Assembly: GCA_030141605.1 (NCBI GenBank)
Contig: JAQGDQ010000280.1
Span: forward strand, 1-56,318
Origin: Tubiluchus corallicola
Taxonomy: Eukaryota; Animalia; Priapulida
Direction: 5' to 3'
DNA length: 56,318 bases
Shown here: one piece after another, positions 23,758-53,300 of the stretch
Numbering within the stretch: the first letter of the stretch is position 1
Layout: each line of letters opens with the position of its first letter
Notes under the pieces: generated by a model
Seen by the model: the letters and a program-made list of their open reading frames with translations, nothing else
Databases searched by the model: none
What the model was told of the DNA's origin: nothing
Program-made: the position numbers and the translations under genes

Positions 23758-25435
23758 TGTGAAAAAGGCACAGTCAATATATGTAGCAACAAACCAAACT
23801 GCTTTAGTGGCACAAACACTTTATTATTGACTGTCTTTTCTGTACACTGCGTTGTGACAACTGGATTAAAACCTGTAACAGCTCAAATAAGTTGAAACTG
23901 GTTAACCTTGGGCAATGCATGTCAGAAACCAGTCAGGTGAGAAAATGATTCACTGTAGTCGAACTTGCTGTAAAGTTATAATGTTGCTAATGTTTATAAA
24001 GTTTATACTGTTCATAAACAGACTCGTGAATCAGTTCACGACACTCCCGCCAGCCAGAATTCCTTTGGTCCTTAGTTGCGCTTTAACTGCAGCCTGTCGA
24101 CGTGGTCGTGGAGCATCTGAATCAGGTTTCTTGGCATTAGCATCTTCATCATCATTGGCCATTTTGGACCCCGGCTGGTAATTAACACCATTTGATCCAG
24201 AATTTGCTGTAGTCTCCAATGGGTGCAATAGTTTAACTGAACGATTAATATGCCGACCATTTGGCAATCTCAATGTTACTGCACGGATAATTCCATCAGC
24301 GCTTGGGATGTGACTGGACACTCTTCCAAGCTTCCATTGTGCTCTTGGTTGCATGCCATCACGAACCAAAACCGTTTGTCCGACCACAGGTACCGATGAT
24401 ACTGAGCCACGGCTTCGTTGTTGTGCCCACCTTTCTCTTAAACTGAGGAGATAATCATTCCTCCATGAAGTCCAGAAGAGATTAAGGTGATGCTGGGAGC
24501 TCTTCCACAGAGCTACAAGTCTTTCAGCTGAATCTGATTTCACGGGAAAGGTATGATCGGGCTCTGGAAGGATGGAAGGAGTACCCAATTTAGGATTACC
24601 TAGAAAATGTGCAGGGGTGATGAAGTCTCCGGAGCTGACATCAGTGTCAACATAAACCAATGGTCTCGAATTTAAAATCCCTTCAACTTCTTTGATGATT
24701 GTTTGCAGTTGTACGAGATTAAGATGAGCTTTGCCTAAAGCTTTTCGTAAAGACTTCTTCACAGATTGGATCAGACGCTCATAAAAGCCACCAAACCATG
24801 GTGCATAGTTTCAACTATGAAATTCCAGCGAATCCCTTCTTTGGCAGTGTAGTTCTGAACTTCATCACTGTAAATCACTGATTCCCAAACTTTGTCCAAA
24901 ATTTCCAAAACAGCATACAAGTGTAAAGCCCTCCCCCGCACAAGGTAAAGGTAAAGGCAACAATGTAATACTGTGTTTAAATAAAAATGTCAAAATGCTA
25001 TAGCAGGCAAACAGGTAGATACCACATAGAAGAGGGTAAAAGGAAAAAGAATTTACTGTGAATCAGAAATCAGCATAATGAAATTCATTTTACTCACAGT
25101 CCTTCTAAATGTTACAGCATACCCAAGTAGTAGTGGGCACTGGCACCAATGTGAAAAAGGCACAGTCAATATATGTAGCAACAAACCAAACTGCTTTAGT
25201 GGCACAAACACTTTATTATTGACTGTCTTTTCTGTACACTGCGTTGTGACAACTGGATTAAAACCTGTAACAGCTCAAATAAGTTGAAACTGGTTAACCT
25301 TGGGCAATGCATGTCAGAAACCAGTCAGGTGAGAAAATGATTCACTGTAGTCGAACTTGCTGTAAAGTTATAATGTTGCTAATGTTTATAAAGTTTATAC
25401 TGTTCATAAACAGACTCGTGAATCAGTTCACGACA
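23758..25435 (-). mobile_element. Miniature BEL/Pao LTR retrotransposon, 1678 bp, internally deleted
   Basis: 286-bp LTRs at 23758-24043 and 25150-25435 (TG...CA, identical by eye); TSD AAGTA; PBS-like TGGTGCC next to the 5' LTR; integrase C-terminus and DUF5641-like relic (PWFGGFYERL, EVEGILNSRPL, FWTSWRNDYLLSLRE, WKLGRV, DGIIR). Confidence 0.95.
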
Positions 25436-26840
25436 AAGTATTTCAAAATGTGAAATATTTGGAATACATACTGGAATATTTGGAAAAGCTTTTGCACTTC
25501 TCGTAGCACACCCAGAACACCAAACCATCCTAAATGGCTTCCCGATAGGTAATTAGCAGATGAACAGCATACAACAACACCTATAAACCAAAAAGTAGCT
25601 AATTAACTTGAACTATAATAAAACATACGTTAACATACACGCGGATTTATATCACCTCTAAACTATGGTAGTCCAGAAGCATAATTATGCAGTTTGAAAT
25701 CGTACTTTGTAGCAGAGGCAAAGCTTGTCCAGGTGAAAGTAAATCAAGCTCCCCTTTTCCCATCACCACCATTCTCTTTTCTCCCATTCAACCCGCCTGG
25801 TTTTTCTCTCTAAACGCTTTCCTTCTTCAAGGTTGCCTTGACGAAACGTGAGACAGTGAGACCATCATCATGCCGATGTTTCGTCATTTTAAAATTAAGC
25901 TGTTCTCTAATACACAAAATCGTACAATCTATCAGTAATACAGAAATTAGTAATAGAATTTCTATTGGCGGTAACGCTTTCTAGTTTAGAGAAGATCTCA
26001 GTACAGTGTTCAAGGTACTTCATTACAGATGTTCATTATTGTTCATTATTTTCATTTCAAGATTTTCATTATTAGTACAGTGTTCAAGGTACTTCATTAC
26101 AGATGTTCATTATTGTTCATTATTTTCATTTCAAGATTTTCATTATTAGTTACTGTGTATCCATTGCTGTTTAATCAAATCTTTGTGCCAAAATTGTGCC
26201 ATTTGAGTGTGTGAAAATAATACTAAAAATAAACAAGTACAGTATTTAGCCAATATATCTGCTTTATCTGTTTCTAACTGAACATAACGCCCACTTATTT
26301 TTTACATACTGTATTTTAATGTTGCTTCATTTTGTACATTTTTCATATATCGATAAACATTTTCGTACGTTATGGAGAATGTAAACACAAACATTGTGTG
26401 TTTACAATTGTTTCTGTGTAAACACATAAACAATGTTTACATATATGTGGAAACAGGCTATGTTCAAAAATGTCAAAATCGCGTGCATTAATTAACACAC
26501 TTCGTAACAATTAATGCCTTCACTGCAGTTTGACAACACATTTTGTGCAGCAAAAACATGTTACAGTAAGAGTTCTGTAAACACATTTAGTAAAGTTCAT
26601 CTTAGATGTCACACTTAATGTTTGCCATTCTATGTACATCCTCAAATCCTACATCAGAGGTCTGTATCATAAAGACACTGACCGAAGTCCACTGGTATGA
26701 TGATAAATTTGCATGGAAAATTAACAAGCTATTCGTATCGTAAGCTACAATTACGAATAAAGTGAGCGTAGCTTAGTGCTGCAGAAATTCAACGAAAATA
26801 AACATTTTTCCTCCTGCAAATTTGTGATATTTGAAGAGAA

Positions 26841-41300
<14,460 letters not shown>

Positions 41301-41514
41301 TCCTATGGAAGAACTATGTGTGCGTAAAGTGTGATGCGTGATCCGTTATCCGCAATGCGTGATACGCATTGGCTGTTTCCATATATCCGTGAACGCTATG
41401 CGTATAAAAAAGCTCGCGGTGTCCATTACTGCTATACGCAGAATATTGCTTGGAAAGTGCTGCCCACGTACATACAACTAAGATGTCTCATTGATTATTA
41501 TTTAAAGCGTTTAC

Positions 41515-41730
41515 ATTCAGTTATAAAGATCTACACACAATCAAATTACTGTAAAATACTCAATTGTGTGCAGATGTTTACAACTGATTCAGTTATAAAG
41601 ATCTACACACAATCAAATTATTGTAAAATATTCGGTTGTGTGCAGATGTTTACAACTGATTCAGTTATAAAGATCTACCCACAATCAAATTATACTAAAA
41701 TATTCAATTGTGTGCAGATGTTTATAACTG
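41515..41730. repeat. 72-bp tandem repeat x3 in the probable SLC6 3'UTR
   Basis: ATTCAGTTATAAAGATCTACACACAATCAAATTA...GTGTGCAGATGTTTACAACTG three times; AATAAA at about 41974. Confidence 0.9.
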
Positions 41731-42199
41731 AATCTAAACGCTTTAAATAATGATCAATGAGACCAACTTAATTTTATGTATGTTGTGAAAATTAATGTTA
41801 AAAGATATTTTTATAGGTTAATCGTACAATTACTTACCTTTAGCTTGTCATTTTTAATTAAACAACGTAACTAATAATTCTAAAAATATTGCGTTTATAT
41901 CGATTTACTGACACTTGTTAAATTTACTAAGATGTGAATGCTCACGTATAAGTTGTTAAAACTGTCTGTCTGTAATAAAAGTATGCTTAAATTAAAGTAT
42001 CCCACGGGTCATTTGCAGCTTGGCATCTTGTGTACATAGTAATAAATATGTTATTAAAATCTTTTGAAGTGCTATGCTGTAATGATCGTTGTGTGTATAT
42101 TTAATAAATAATAATAATAATAATAATAAGTGCTGCCCTCTACAATTGTGGTTGGCATTGGTAAGATACAATGGCCGAGCAGAACAATGTTGGCCATAG

Positions 42200-42992
42200 G
42201 AATCAAATAGATGTACAGACAGATGAGCAAACGCACGAATAAACACAGAATCAAATAGACGTTCAGACAGACGGGCAAACGCACAAATGAACACCAAATC
42301 AAATAGACGTACAGACAGACGAGCAAACGCACAAATGCACACAGAATCAAATAGATGTACAGACAGACGATCAAACGCACAATAAAACACAGAATCAAAT
42401 AGACGTACAGACAGACGAGCAAACGCACAAATGAACGCAGAATCAAATAGATGTACAGACAGACGAGCAAACGTACAAATGCACACAGAATCAAATAGAT
42501 GTACAGACAGACGAGCAAACGTACAAATGCACACAGAATGAAATAGATGTACAGACAGACGAGCAAACGTACAAATAAACACAGGCTGAAATAAATGTAC
42601 AGACAGACGAGCAAACGCACAAATGAACACAGAATCAAATAGATGTACAGACAGACGAGCAAACGTACAAATGAACACAGAATCAAATAGATGTACAGAC
42701 AGACGAGCAAACGTACAAATAAACGCAGGCTGAAATAAATGTACAGACAGACGAGCAAACGCATAAATGAACACAGAATCAAATAGATGTACAGACAGAC
42801 GAGCAAACGTACAAATGAACACAGAATCAAATAGATGTACAGACAGACGAGCAAACGTACAAGTAAACACAGAATCAAATAGATGTCCAGACAGATGAGC
42901 AATCGCACAAATGCACGCAGAATCAAATAGACGTGCAGACAGACGAGCAAACGTACAAATAAACACAGAATCAAATAGATGTACAGACAGAT
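42200..42992. repeat. 48-bp minisatellite, about 16 copies
   Basis: Unit GAATCAAATAGATGTACAGACAGACGAGCAAACGTACAAATGAACACA; explains the 16-aa periodic ORFs at 41992-43068. Confidence 0.95.
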
Positions 42993-43211
42993 TGTTTTGT
43001 AGTGGTATACAAAAGAAAGATAGGGCTGTATTACTTAACTGCTTGTTAAACCTACATTCTAACGACATAAAACAATGCTGAGAGACACGAACAATAACCT
43101 ATTTAATCTGAAACAATGGCCACAGTTTAGGAAATAGTTCTTTGACGCGCTAAAATTCCATTCCTGCGTTTTTGCTTTGTGACTGAAACAGCAAGCAGCA
43201 GCAGACGAGAA

Positions 43212-43693
43212 ATGGAGAAATTTACAATCTTGTTGATTTGTTTCAGTTCATCGTTGTTCCTCATTAAATATGGTAAGAGTAGTCGTAGTTTATAATAATT
43301 ATTAACAGATGTCATCATTGTTTCTTTCTGAAAAACTGAATTTGGTTTCTAACCGTTGTAAACTTTGATCAGATTTAATTTGCACTGTTTAGCCAAAAGA
43401 CGTTTAAAACTTTAAAGGTATTAAATGAAATAATGAAAAATCAAAACTCTAAACTGATGACAAAGGACACTGTTCTCTATAGTGCTCCTATTTTTGCATT
43501 ATGAAAATTTTGAAAAGCAATGTCAAGGTGATAAGAAACAGGGCCTATTTCAGCCTAAACGAGGCCCGGGGAAGTGGGGCGTGTGAGGCTTGGGGGTTGA
43601 GGCGCCGGGGGGGGGGGGCGTACGCCACCATGGTTGGCGACCAGAAAATTTTTGAATTGCTAGAACGCCGGAGAAGCGTGCGGCAAGAGAGAG

Positions 43694-43727
<34 letters not shown>

Positions 43728-44122
43728 GTGGGAGAGGAGGCAGTATGTTCGCATAAAGCAAAAAAATGTTACTTTGCACGAGGCCCCCCTGGAAGGTGAG
43801 GCCCCGGGGAAGTATACCTACCCCTCCCCCCCTGAAATAGGTCCTGATAAGAAATAAAGGCCTACTGGAACTATGTGTATCGCTTGGCATCGCAATTTCA
43901 AAGCTTGCTTTCTAGTGAACCAGGTTTTTATAACTATTTCTGGGAAACGTAAACCTGTAATTACGTGTGTAATCAAATATGTTGCATTTGTATATTTGCT
44001 GTAATTTAGTAAAAGCCACGAGTTTTGATGTATAAGGAAAACCCAGACAGCGTGTGCTGATGCTATTGATATGTGTATGTTTAGGCTTAGCCTGGGGAGT
44101 GGTAGGCTAAGCAGTAATTTTC

Positions 44123-44186
<64 letters not shown>

Positions 44187-44270
44187 GCAACAATAACAAC
44201 AACAGCAACAACAACAACAGCAACAGCAGCAACAACAACAACAGCAACAAACAACAGCAACAGCAGCAGT

Positions 44271-44307
<37 letters not shown>

Positions 44308-47300
44308 ATAACAACAACAACAACAACAATAAAAAGCTCAATGTTTTATACATAATGTCACATATTTTGTATCATACGGTACATATGCTTTGAGTGCACG
44401 TCGACGTGCACGTAGTGACGCGGGGCAAACGAGAGAGCTGGAACACAGGTACTAGGTGATATGCTTTTGATTAGGGCATCAACACGCCTAATTCAACCCT
44501 GCAAAAACAGGAATAAAGGTGCAGGTACAGTTCGTCATATCATTTCTCTCGATATTGTACTGTCAAAATTACGAATGCCTGCTAGACACGTTGAACACTG
44601 TTGGTTAAAAAAGTATTGTTTACAGGAAAAGTAGAAATTGTAAGATGATGAAGATATCAATGATAGTGTGCACTAACTTTACCGTCATTATTTTCAGCAC
44701 GTACTCAAAAAAATGAGTATATTGGTTGCTACGAAATGAATTTGTTTACACCACAGGCAAGCTGGATTTTTAGTGGAGTTTTTGTCTTTAACTGTACGTT
44801 TTTTTGCTGGGGACACTACAACCCCACTCGGGAGGGTTACATTTACAAGAGCCTTTGGACTCCATTTGAAAAAAGTGATACGATACAATGCTGGTGCAGT
44901 GACATTAGTAATTTTTCACCGGAGACCGTGAGTGACCAGTCATTTTGTTCTTTATGTGACAAAGGGAGACGTTACTGTGGAACGGAAGTTAACGTCACGT
45001 TTGCCAGCCTCTATAAAATAGGTTAGTGCACACCAGAAACCATTTTCTGTACGAACTATTTGTGTTGTTATAGTAGTTTCTGTAGTTCAGTCAACCTCGG
45101 ATATAAGGGACACCTCCGGACCGGAAAAATCGTCCCTTATATCCGATGTCCGTTATAGCCGAAGTTGAATAGCGGAAACCGAGCTGTTCGAAGGCTGAGT
45201 TTGCAAAAAATTGAAGCTAAAAAACGATCAATTTCGCTTGAGCCGCTTTTTTATATTTTCATCTAGTTACTCACATCATTACAGCCACAAGACCTGACCA
45301 TACTTCAAGGGAATACAGCCGGGCCCACGAGGGGTCCTGGCATAGGCTTTTTAGGATGTAAAAAATCTTTGATCATAGGGTCCCTTATATGCGAGGTAAT
45401 TTACTTGGGTTTCTATTACGCGGTATCTGAAGATATATTTGAAGTCCCTTATATCTGCGAACTTTATATGCGAAGATTTTTACATAAAAACGTTGCGAAA
45501 AATCGGGACCGGTGTTGGTGGTCCCTTATAAGCGATTGTCCCTTATAAGCGAGTACCTGATACCCGATGTTGACTGTATTTCAAATAGCTGCACGAGCAT
45601 TTGGTTCACGTTTACAGGTCAGTTTTTAAAGAGCTGAACAAAAAGAGTTTCATAAGTACAACTAATGCGTATCTTTGAGATTACGCAGAGAATATTACTG
45701 TGTAGGCAGGTAGCCAAGGACCGTCAAACCTCGTCTAAACAAAAATATGGGCAGATACCAAAAACTGAATTTGTTCCCTTTAAACGAAGCTGTAAGTCGT
45801 ACAGGGGTGTTCAATACATTCGATTGGCTATAAAACGTAGATCCAGATACATTGCCCCAAAATTGCGAGTACACTTCGCCAGTGCACCTTTTGCCATTTT
45901 GTCATTTTGCCAGTTGATAATAGAAACAGTACAACCAAGCGAGTCATGTGTTTTGTGAGTGTACGGGTAAACAAAAAAGAGAAAAACATGTTTAGCGTCG
46001 TATTCTACATTTCATTGCGAATTCAATGATATATGGCACGCCTCTGTAAGACTTATATCTACCGTTCACAGAGCGCCAAGTATTGTATGAACAATATTGC
46101 ATATTTGATGCCTTGTAAAACGGTTCAGAGCTCGTCAAAACAGAACAGAGTATCTATAGCCAAGACATAGTACTTTACTTACTTTTTTTCGTTTGGATAG
46201 GTGGTGCTTCCTTTAGGAGTAAATACTTTATCAAAAATGAACATATTTTCAGGGCATCTGTGTCATAGAACCATGAGCGCCGGCAGACGGACGCATTGAC
46301 GCACGTGCGTCCACAAAATCTCTTTAAAGAATTTTTTATGGCTAAATAAACCAAGACACACATCAACCTCTTGTTTGTTTGCGCAATCCCCGAGTAGTCA
46401 GCTGATTTGCAGCTGATAGTGAACTTATGTTTATGTATGTCACTTATCTTGTGTCGATTCTCTTATCGATTTCCGTTGTCTAGTCAGTTTTTAGCTAACT
46501 GTAATTGCACTTCTGCAGTTAGGGGTGGGCCCTAGGGTTCTGCCCCCCCCCCCCCTCCCGTCACTTTTACGAACATTTAAGTTGACAAACTTTTTATAAA
46601 GCCAGTTATCAGCAGCAGTGCGAAGTTCTTCATCAAACTTATTGTTTTCTGCAAGGAGAAAATATATGCATTCTGGAGAGAATATAAGAAAATATTTACT
46701 GGTAGAGCAAAATCAGTTATCGGCATGCTAAAATATGAAGGAAATATATATATAGCGAAAATAAAGATATTTGTGAGGTACTATACAAAAATTTTTAAGT
46801 GGAGATCACGTAAGCGGTGCAAATTTTGATTATGTTTGGCAGCAGCAAGTAGAGGGGGAAGTTTCTCGCTATGATTATAGAGCCATGGTGCCCCTTGCTA
46901 TAAACTGTAACTTTACAAAAAACGCAGGGTAAAAGCACCGACTGCGATGGCTTTCATCCACTGATGGTTAAACACCGTGGCTTCTGGGCCAAGGCGGTTT
47001 TTCTATACTTGTGCAATCTTTGTTTAAGTAAAAGCAAGTGGGTTTGTCGTGAATCCAATGTAATATTCATTAAAAAGGAAGGCAAAACAAATTATACGGA
47101 TCCTGGTAGCTTTCGACCCCTGACTCTCTCATCCTATTTTGGCAAATTTGCTGAAAGTTCACTGTCAAATCGATTGAGAACTTACATATCTGAAAATGAT
47201 CTTATAGACGAAGTGCAGGAAGGTTTCATGGCAGGTCGCAATACTGGTCGCTATTTGATTCGCTTAATATCAAATATTCAAAAGCATTTACTACAAAATG

Positions 47301-50300
47301 ACGTCTGTCTGTCTATCTGCTGTGATTTCCAGCGCGCTTTTGACAGCGTCTGGTTGGATGGTCTACTGTTTAAGCTATATGAGACCGGCTTTAAAGGTAG
47401 AATTCTGGGTCTTATTAAGACTTTTCTATATGAAAGGAATGTGCGCATCAAGGTCAATAACTACACTTCTCAGGAATACTGTTGTAAGACAGGTCTGCCA
47501 CAGGGGTCAGTCATCCCCCCGTGCTATTTAATTTTTATGTGTCCGATATGTTTGACGAAATCTTAGCAATATCAAATACTAATAATTTTAAATATGCAGA
47601 TGACGGAACAATACTTGTAGCTTGTTCTTCCGAAAATGAAACGCTTAGAACTAGTCAGCTGTGCTGTGATAAACTCTATAATTGGTGTTTTACATGGCTG
47701 CAGATACTAAATTGCTCGCAAGGAAAAACTGAAATAATTTCATTTGGCCTTCATGATTTAAATGACTGCTTAAAATTTGGAACCAATGATGTTAGTTACG
47801 TGCAAAGTAGTAAAGTTTTAGGAGTTACAATCGACAGTAATTTGTCATTTGAAAATCATGTAAATAAGGTTAGAAGACAAGCTTGGAATAGGTGTATATC
47901 AATTAAGCGTAAGAGTATGCTGTATAAAGGTTTCAATCTCAATGTTATCATTGCTCTATTTAAGACTTAGTTTTACCGATTATAATGTATGCTGCTCCTG
48001 CCTGGATGGTAAGAAAGCACCCATTGTTTGACGATCTGTTGTATGACGTTATGAAAACTGCTACTGGTTGTCACTTTCACCAATAAAAGACAAACTAGAG
48101 TTAATTTGTGGGCTACCCCCACTTGATATTTTGTTTAAGGGAATCACAGCAAAATTTATGCTAAAATATCTAGCAATGTCGGATTCAGACTTAGTCAAAA
48201 GTCATGTAATAGAGATTAGTCGTGATACCACAATCGGTCATAGACATTTCATTCGAGAATTACTGGCTTCTAGTGGTCAATATTTAAAATTATGTAAAAA
48301 TTATGATTCACGTACTATTGATTACGGTAATATACCGCTTGAGTACAAAAAACAGGATATTGAGCATTTTATATCACAACTATGGAAAAACAGATGCCGT
48401 ACTCGCTACCAATGCCAGGAGTTATCTATTCTTCCCGAAAATGTATTTTTAACTCCAGTAGACATTCTTTTCATACAGGTAGCAGAAGGCTAGAAAAACT
48501 ATCTTGTAGCTTTTTACTAGGACAAAGTAACTTTAAAGATTTTCTTTTTAAAATTGGATACCTACATGAAAATGCCTGTATATGTTCAGAGGAAGCACAA
48601 ACAGTTGAACATTTGCTTTTTAATTGTACTTTGGTCGATGAAAATAAAAGATTAGCGCTCGCAAATAGCCTACAATTTAATAACATTAGTAAAATTTATA
48701 CCTCTCGCGACAAAAACTTGCTAGTTGCTTTCACTGAGTTAGTTTGTGATTCGTTTTTACAAACTTTAGTATAAAATATTAAACATTTATATTATATCTG
48801 TCACTTTTATATTATACAGGTCGTTTTGTGTAAACTGGTACTATTTGATTTTAGTTATTATTTTTTTGGTATATTGTTTTATTGGAATTTAAAAGTCTTA
48901 CGAATATAACAGCTATTTTATTTAGAAAGTTTTCTTAACCATGCCTTGCAAATAGAGGGTCACTGTGTGTATTTTACGTAAATATTTGTATATGCGTACA
49001 ATTTTAAATTTTAAATAAAGAATTATAATAATAATAATAATCCCTTCACTGTAGCAGGGAAATTATGAGTCACAAGTTTGTTGTGACATAATGAGTTTTA
49101 AACTAGTGTACTTACCTGAGGAAATAGCTTCTAGCAACTGCAAAATGGTCTCGAATGCAATAAAACGCATGTGTGGCCGAGAGTGTCTGGTGGGAAAAAT
49201 TAGCACACATGCAAACTTATTAAATTTTGTACGAACAGTGGGTGGGCTGTCGACTTAACAATCAGTTTTATGTTTGACTATCGGCATTTTGCTGGGTAGA
49301 TAAAATTTGATACCAAATAAATTAAGCTTAAGTAATGGGTCATCCGCATTGCAGTGTATTACGAACTTGATTTTAAAATATATGACTAGTGCAATAGAAT
49401 ACAATGAATATTACCTAGGTAAATGTACGTAAAATATATTTATCAAAGCGGAATTTTCACGTTTGAGGAAGTCTATGTACCAGAATTTAGATCTCATTTC
49501 AAGCCTTCAAAATGTCATCAAATACAGGAAAATTCCTTCAGAGCCCCTAGCCGCTTGTGCGTCCAATTTTTTAACCTCTAGTGGCGCGTATGCATAGAAC
49601 TCACGACCCGAAATTGTAAGCTAACTCTATCCTAGCTACAAGTACACCAAATTCGGTCAAGTAGCACTGTCTAGTTTTTGAGTTATTCCAAAAAGATGCG
49701 TATCTCTGAAACTATAAACAACACAGAACGAAAATAACAGGAGATCCTGAACTACAATTTTCAACCAGGAATTCTATTTTTTGCAGTAGTGTGTTGTGAA
49801 TCAAATTTAGAACGAGAAATTAATTGGAAATTAATTGGAAGAATTAAATTATAAGATTTCGGAGATAATATACTCCTCCTTGGTCTGATAACGAAGACCG
49901 TGCAATTTGATTATAACTGACTCACTCAGCTTGTACCTTGAGTTTAATGAGTCAGGTGTCAGAGGTTGGTGAACGGGAAAGTAGAAGATTAAAAGACACA
50001 CCGACTACTTAAAGAGTCAAGGTACCATTTAGCGTACATAAAAATGCGCCCTGCGCTGGCAATTTGCAGATGGATAAGTCAGGATGTTACATTGTTAGAG
50101 TCAGTACAAGTCATTTACTGATAGTTAACTTAACCTATCAAGCAATATTTCAATGTCTAAGGTGATAGGGTTACGACCTCTAGTAATTTAAATTACCTGG
50201 TGAATCACGGATGTCATCTGCGGGAGGTCAGATGGTGCAATACCGGATGACTTCGACGCAATACCTAGCTTAATGACTTTTGCTTCATAAGGAGAGTGAG

Positions 50301-53300
50301 AGTTCAGAGTTCAGTCACACACGCGCACAGAGTCAGATAGAGTAGTTGCTGAATTGCAGAGGAGTGTTGCCGTTTACTTCTACGAGACGATCTTTTTAGA
50401 AGACATATCTTTAGCTCAGCGTAGTAATATAACTGCGTCATTTGCTTCGACAAATCTTCGATGCTGAGAAGTCTCTTTCAGGAATCAGGATCTGGCCAAT
50501 AACGATTGTTAGGTTGGCCAGTCCTCAAGTTAAGTAGTTTTACTTTATTCTCTGATGCTGTAACAGTTTATGTGGATTGTAATAACAGAGTAACTTTAGC
50601 ACCATAAGTGCAAACATTACAACTTGGGAAGTAGTTTGTGATTGGAATTATCTCTTTGGATTAGAGCGTTAATTGCAAGCGCATATGAAAAGCTTTGTAC
50701 TTATCTTAGAACTTTGATCTGCATTGTAAATTTAATTACAATAAACCATTCTTCAATTTAACGTAAATATCGAGTTGTTTAATGTTCAAAGCGTTACTCA
50801 AGGCTCACAATCGTGAAGACACTAAATCCTTGATCGAACTCGATAGATTCACACTGTAAGGCTCATTGCGGGAGCCAGCTTGATAATTCGAGAGAAAAGG
50901 ATCTATACTCACAACGCAATATTTCGTGGTTTCAGTTGTATGGGACATTATCATAGCCCTATCAACTTGACCTAAGCTCTCGGAGTTGCGCAATTGAACG
51001 AATTTCAAAATCAATTTTGAAAAATTAATCAAGGTTGTTTGTACAAGAGAAACAAGCGACAATTGTGGCAAAACGAAACTCGGTTCGCGACTTTAACGCA
51101 GTGCATCAGACCCTACGTTTCAGTGCAAATCCAATGATATATTGTACCTTTCTGTATGATTTACGGCTTCCGTTCAGAAAGGAAACCATGTTGATATCTT
51201 CTACATAAGTAAAAGAACGATACCGACATGGGTGCGACCCTATGGCGGTGGTGGCTGGGAGGCACATCATTAGATAGAGAATTGATCGTACAGTCGTTGC
51301 ACTGGGCACCATCCTAGTAGGTGACGCTTCTTTTATGAGTAATGGTTTCAACGTGACTTTGAAACACTCATTTTACAAAGTTAAGTAGACTACATTTGCT
51401 CTCACTGTAGGCACTGTATGGCGAGAAAGTAGATTGGCGAGAAGGTAGACTGGCGAAAAGGTAGACTGGCGAAAAGGTAGACTGACGAGAAGGTAGATAG
51501 GTGAGAAGGTAGACATGCGGAAAAGTAGACTGACGAGAAGGTAGATTGGTGAGAAGGTAGACTTGCAAAAAGGTAGACTGGTGAGAAAGTAGACTGGTCA
51601 GAAGGTAAGTTGGCGAAAAGATAAACTGGCGAGAAGGTAGACTGGCGAAAACGTAGAGAGGCGAAAAAGTAGATGGGTGAGAAGGTAGCTGGTAAAGAGT
51701 GTGATTACTCTTAGTTGGCACTTGCAAGAAGAGTGCATTATTACTGGTATCCAATTATAATGACAAATCAACAGAAAATAACATACTGCATACTCTTTGA
51801 CACCGCTAACTCGCTTGCAGGCTTACTTCTAAACTCACTGACTGAAATTTATAGTTTGTGCTTGTGAGAAAATGGAGGTTAATCAATAAAAAAAATTATG
51901 GTCACTGATCAAAAACAAAAACTGATGTACTACCGGTATTCGACCACACTTGTATACATGTTTTGATTCAGCAAAGCACCCTTATGTGTTTCAGGTCATT
52001 CCTATAGCTATCATGGATGCTACTATCAAGGCAAATCTGGAGTTATATTTGATGATACATCCGATCTTATGTATAATAATGATTTTGATACCTTAGTGAA
52101 ACAGTGCGAACAAAAATGTGATCAAAATTTTACATTTGTGGCGTATTTCTATAATGGGACTGGAACATACTGCATGTGTGGTAATGCAAGCCAAAAGATG
52201 GAAGATTACCTCGAAAGAAACGATGACCTGTGTCCTGATAACTGTCCACACAGTCACAAAACTTTCAAGAAGTGTGGAGGAAATGTCACAAGGAATTACA
52301 CAGCCGTTGAGATCGATACTGGTATTTATTTTTAGTTCGTCATTTTAATTTTTGAGATCAATTACTACTGCATGTAGGCTCTTGCCCTTGCACGTATATG
52401 TACTCCAAATTCACAACCCCATTGTTGAACCTCAGCGTGGTCGGTACGTTTGTTATTGTTGTTTTTCTTGTTGTGTGTCTAAAGGTTCCAATTTGTTCAT
52501 CTTGATAATAACTTGAAGAATTTCACACCTTAAAGAAGTATGAACGCCCCAATAATTCTTAGTTTTACCCCGAATTATTTCTAACAACAGAATGACGGAA
52601 ACATTAACTAATTAGTTAACAGATGGTTTAATGGACTATTTCGGCCAATCAATAGACCATTTTCTAGTTGTCTTTACTTAGGAATTTCCTTGGCATTTCT
52701 GACTAAAAGCTATGCAACTAAAGTGATTACTTAATTAATAAAATAAAACATCCTGTGACCACTATACTGTTGCCTAGGTGTCCTCAGTTTTCGAACCCAA
52801 AAGTAATGTTGTTTCTAAATTACCACAGTGCCTATTTGTATTTTTCTGTAGATAACATAGTAAAATGAAATTATTATTTTTCCTAGAAAGTTCCAGATTA
52901 TGCCACACTTATGGCATTTTGTATTAGATGAGTATGTATCTAATGGAGTATGGTCATTCAGTTGAAAAAAGTGTACGTGTGTGTGTGTGTGTGTGTGCGT
53001 GCGTGCGTGTGTGCGTATGATTGCGTGAGTGCGTGCGTACTTGCGTGCGTGCGCGTGTTTGTATGTGTTCCGTTTGTTTGTCTATCTGTTACCACTTTTC
53101 TTGGCTGTGGTGTAATTTGGGACACACCTCTCACAGTGGTAAGGCATGGTTAAAGTTGTTTTTGAATCGATTGATGCAAATTTGAATTTTTGTTATTTTT
53201 AAATGCCCTTGTACAAATAACTATAAATGCTGTAATATCACGACCTTTTATTCTCGATAGATTGATCGTATAGTTTATCTAGCCGTATTGAGTGATCATG

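Noticed and set aside
41992-43068. 358-aa and 300-aa hydrophobic ORFs
   Set aside because: Translations of the 48-bp minisatellite.
49792-50811. Possible 1-kb solo LTR, and a similar block at about 53230-54445
   Set aside because: Termini (TGTTGTGA...TCACAA) and TSD are imperfect and there is no second copy in the window.
52887-52975. Possible extra exon of the WSC-EGF gene after ttcctag
   Set aside because: Phase-1 reading hits a stop after 13 codons; not supportable without transcripts.
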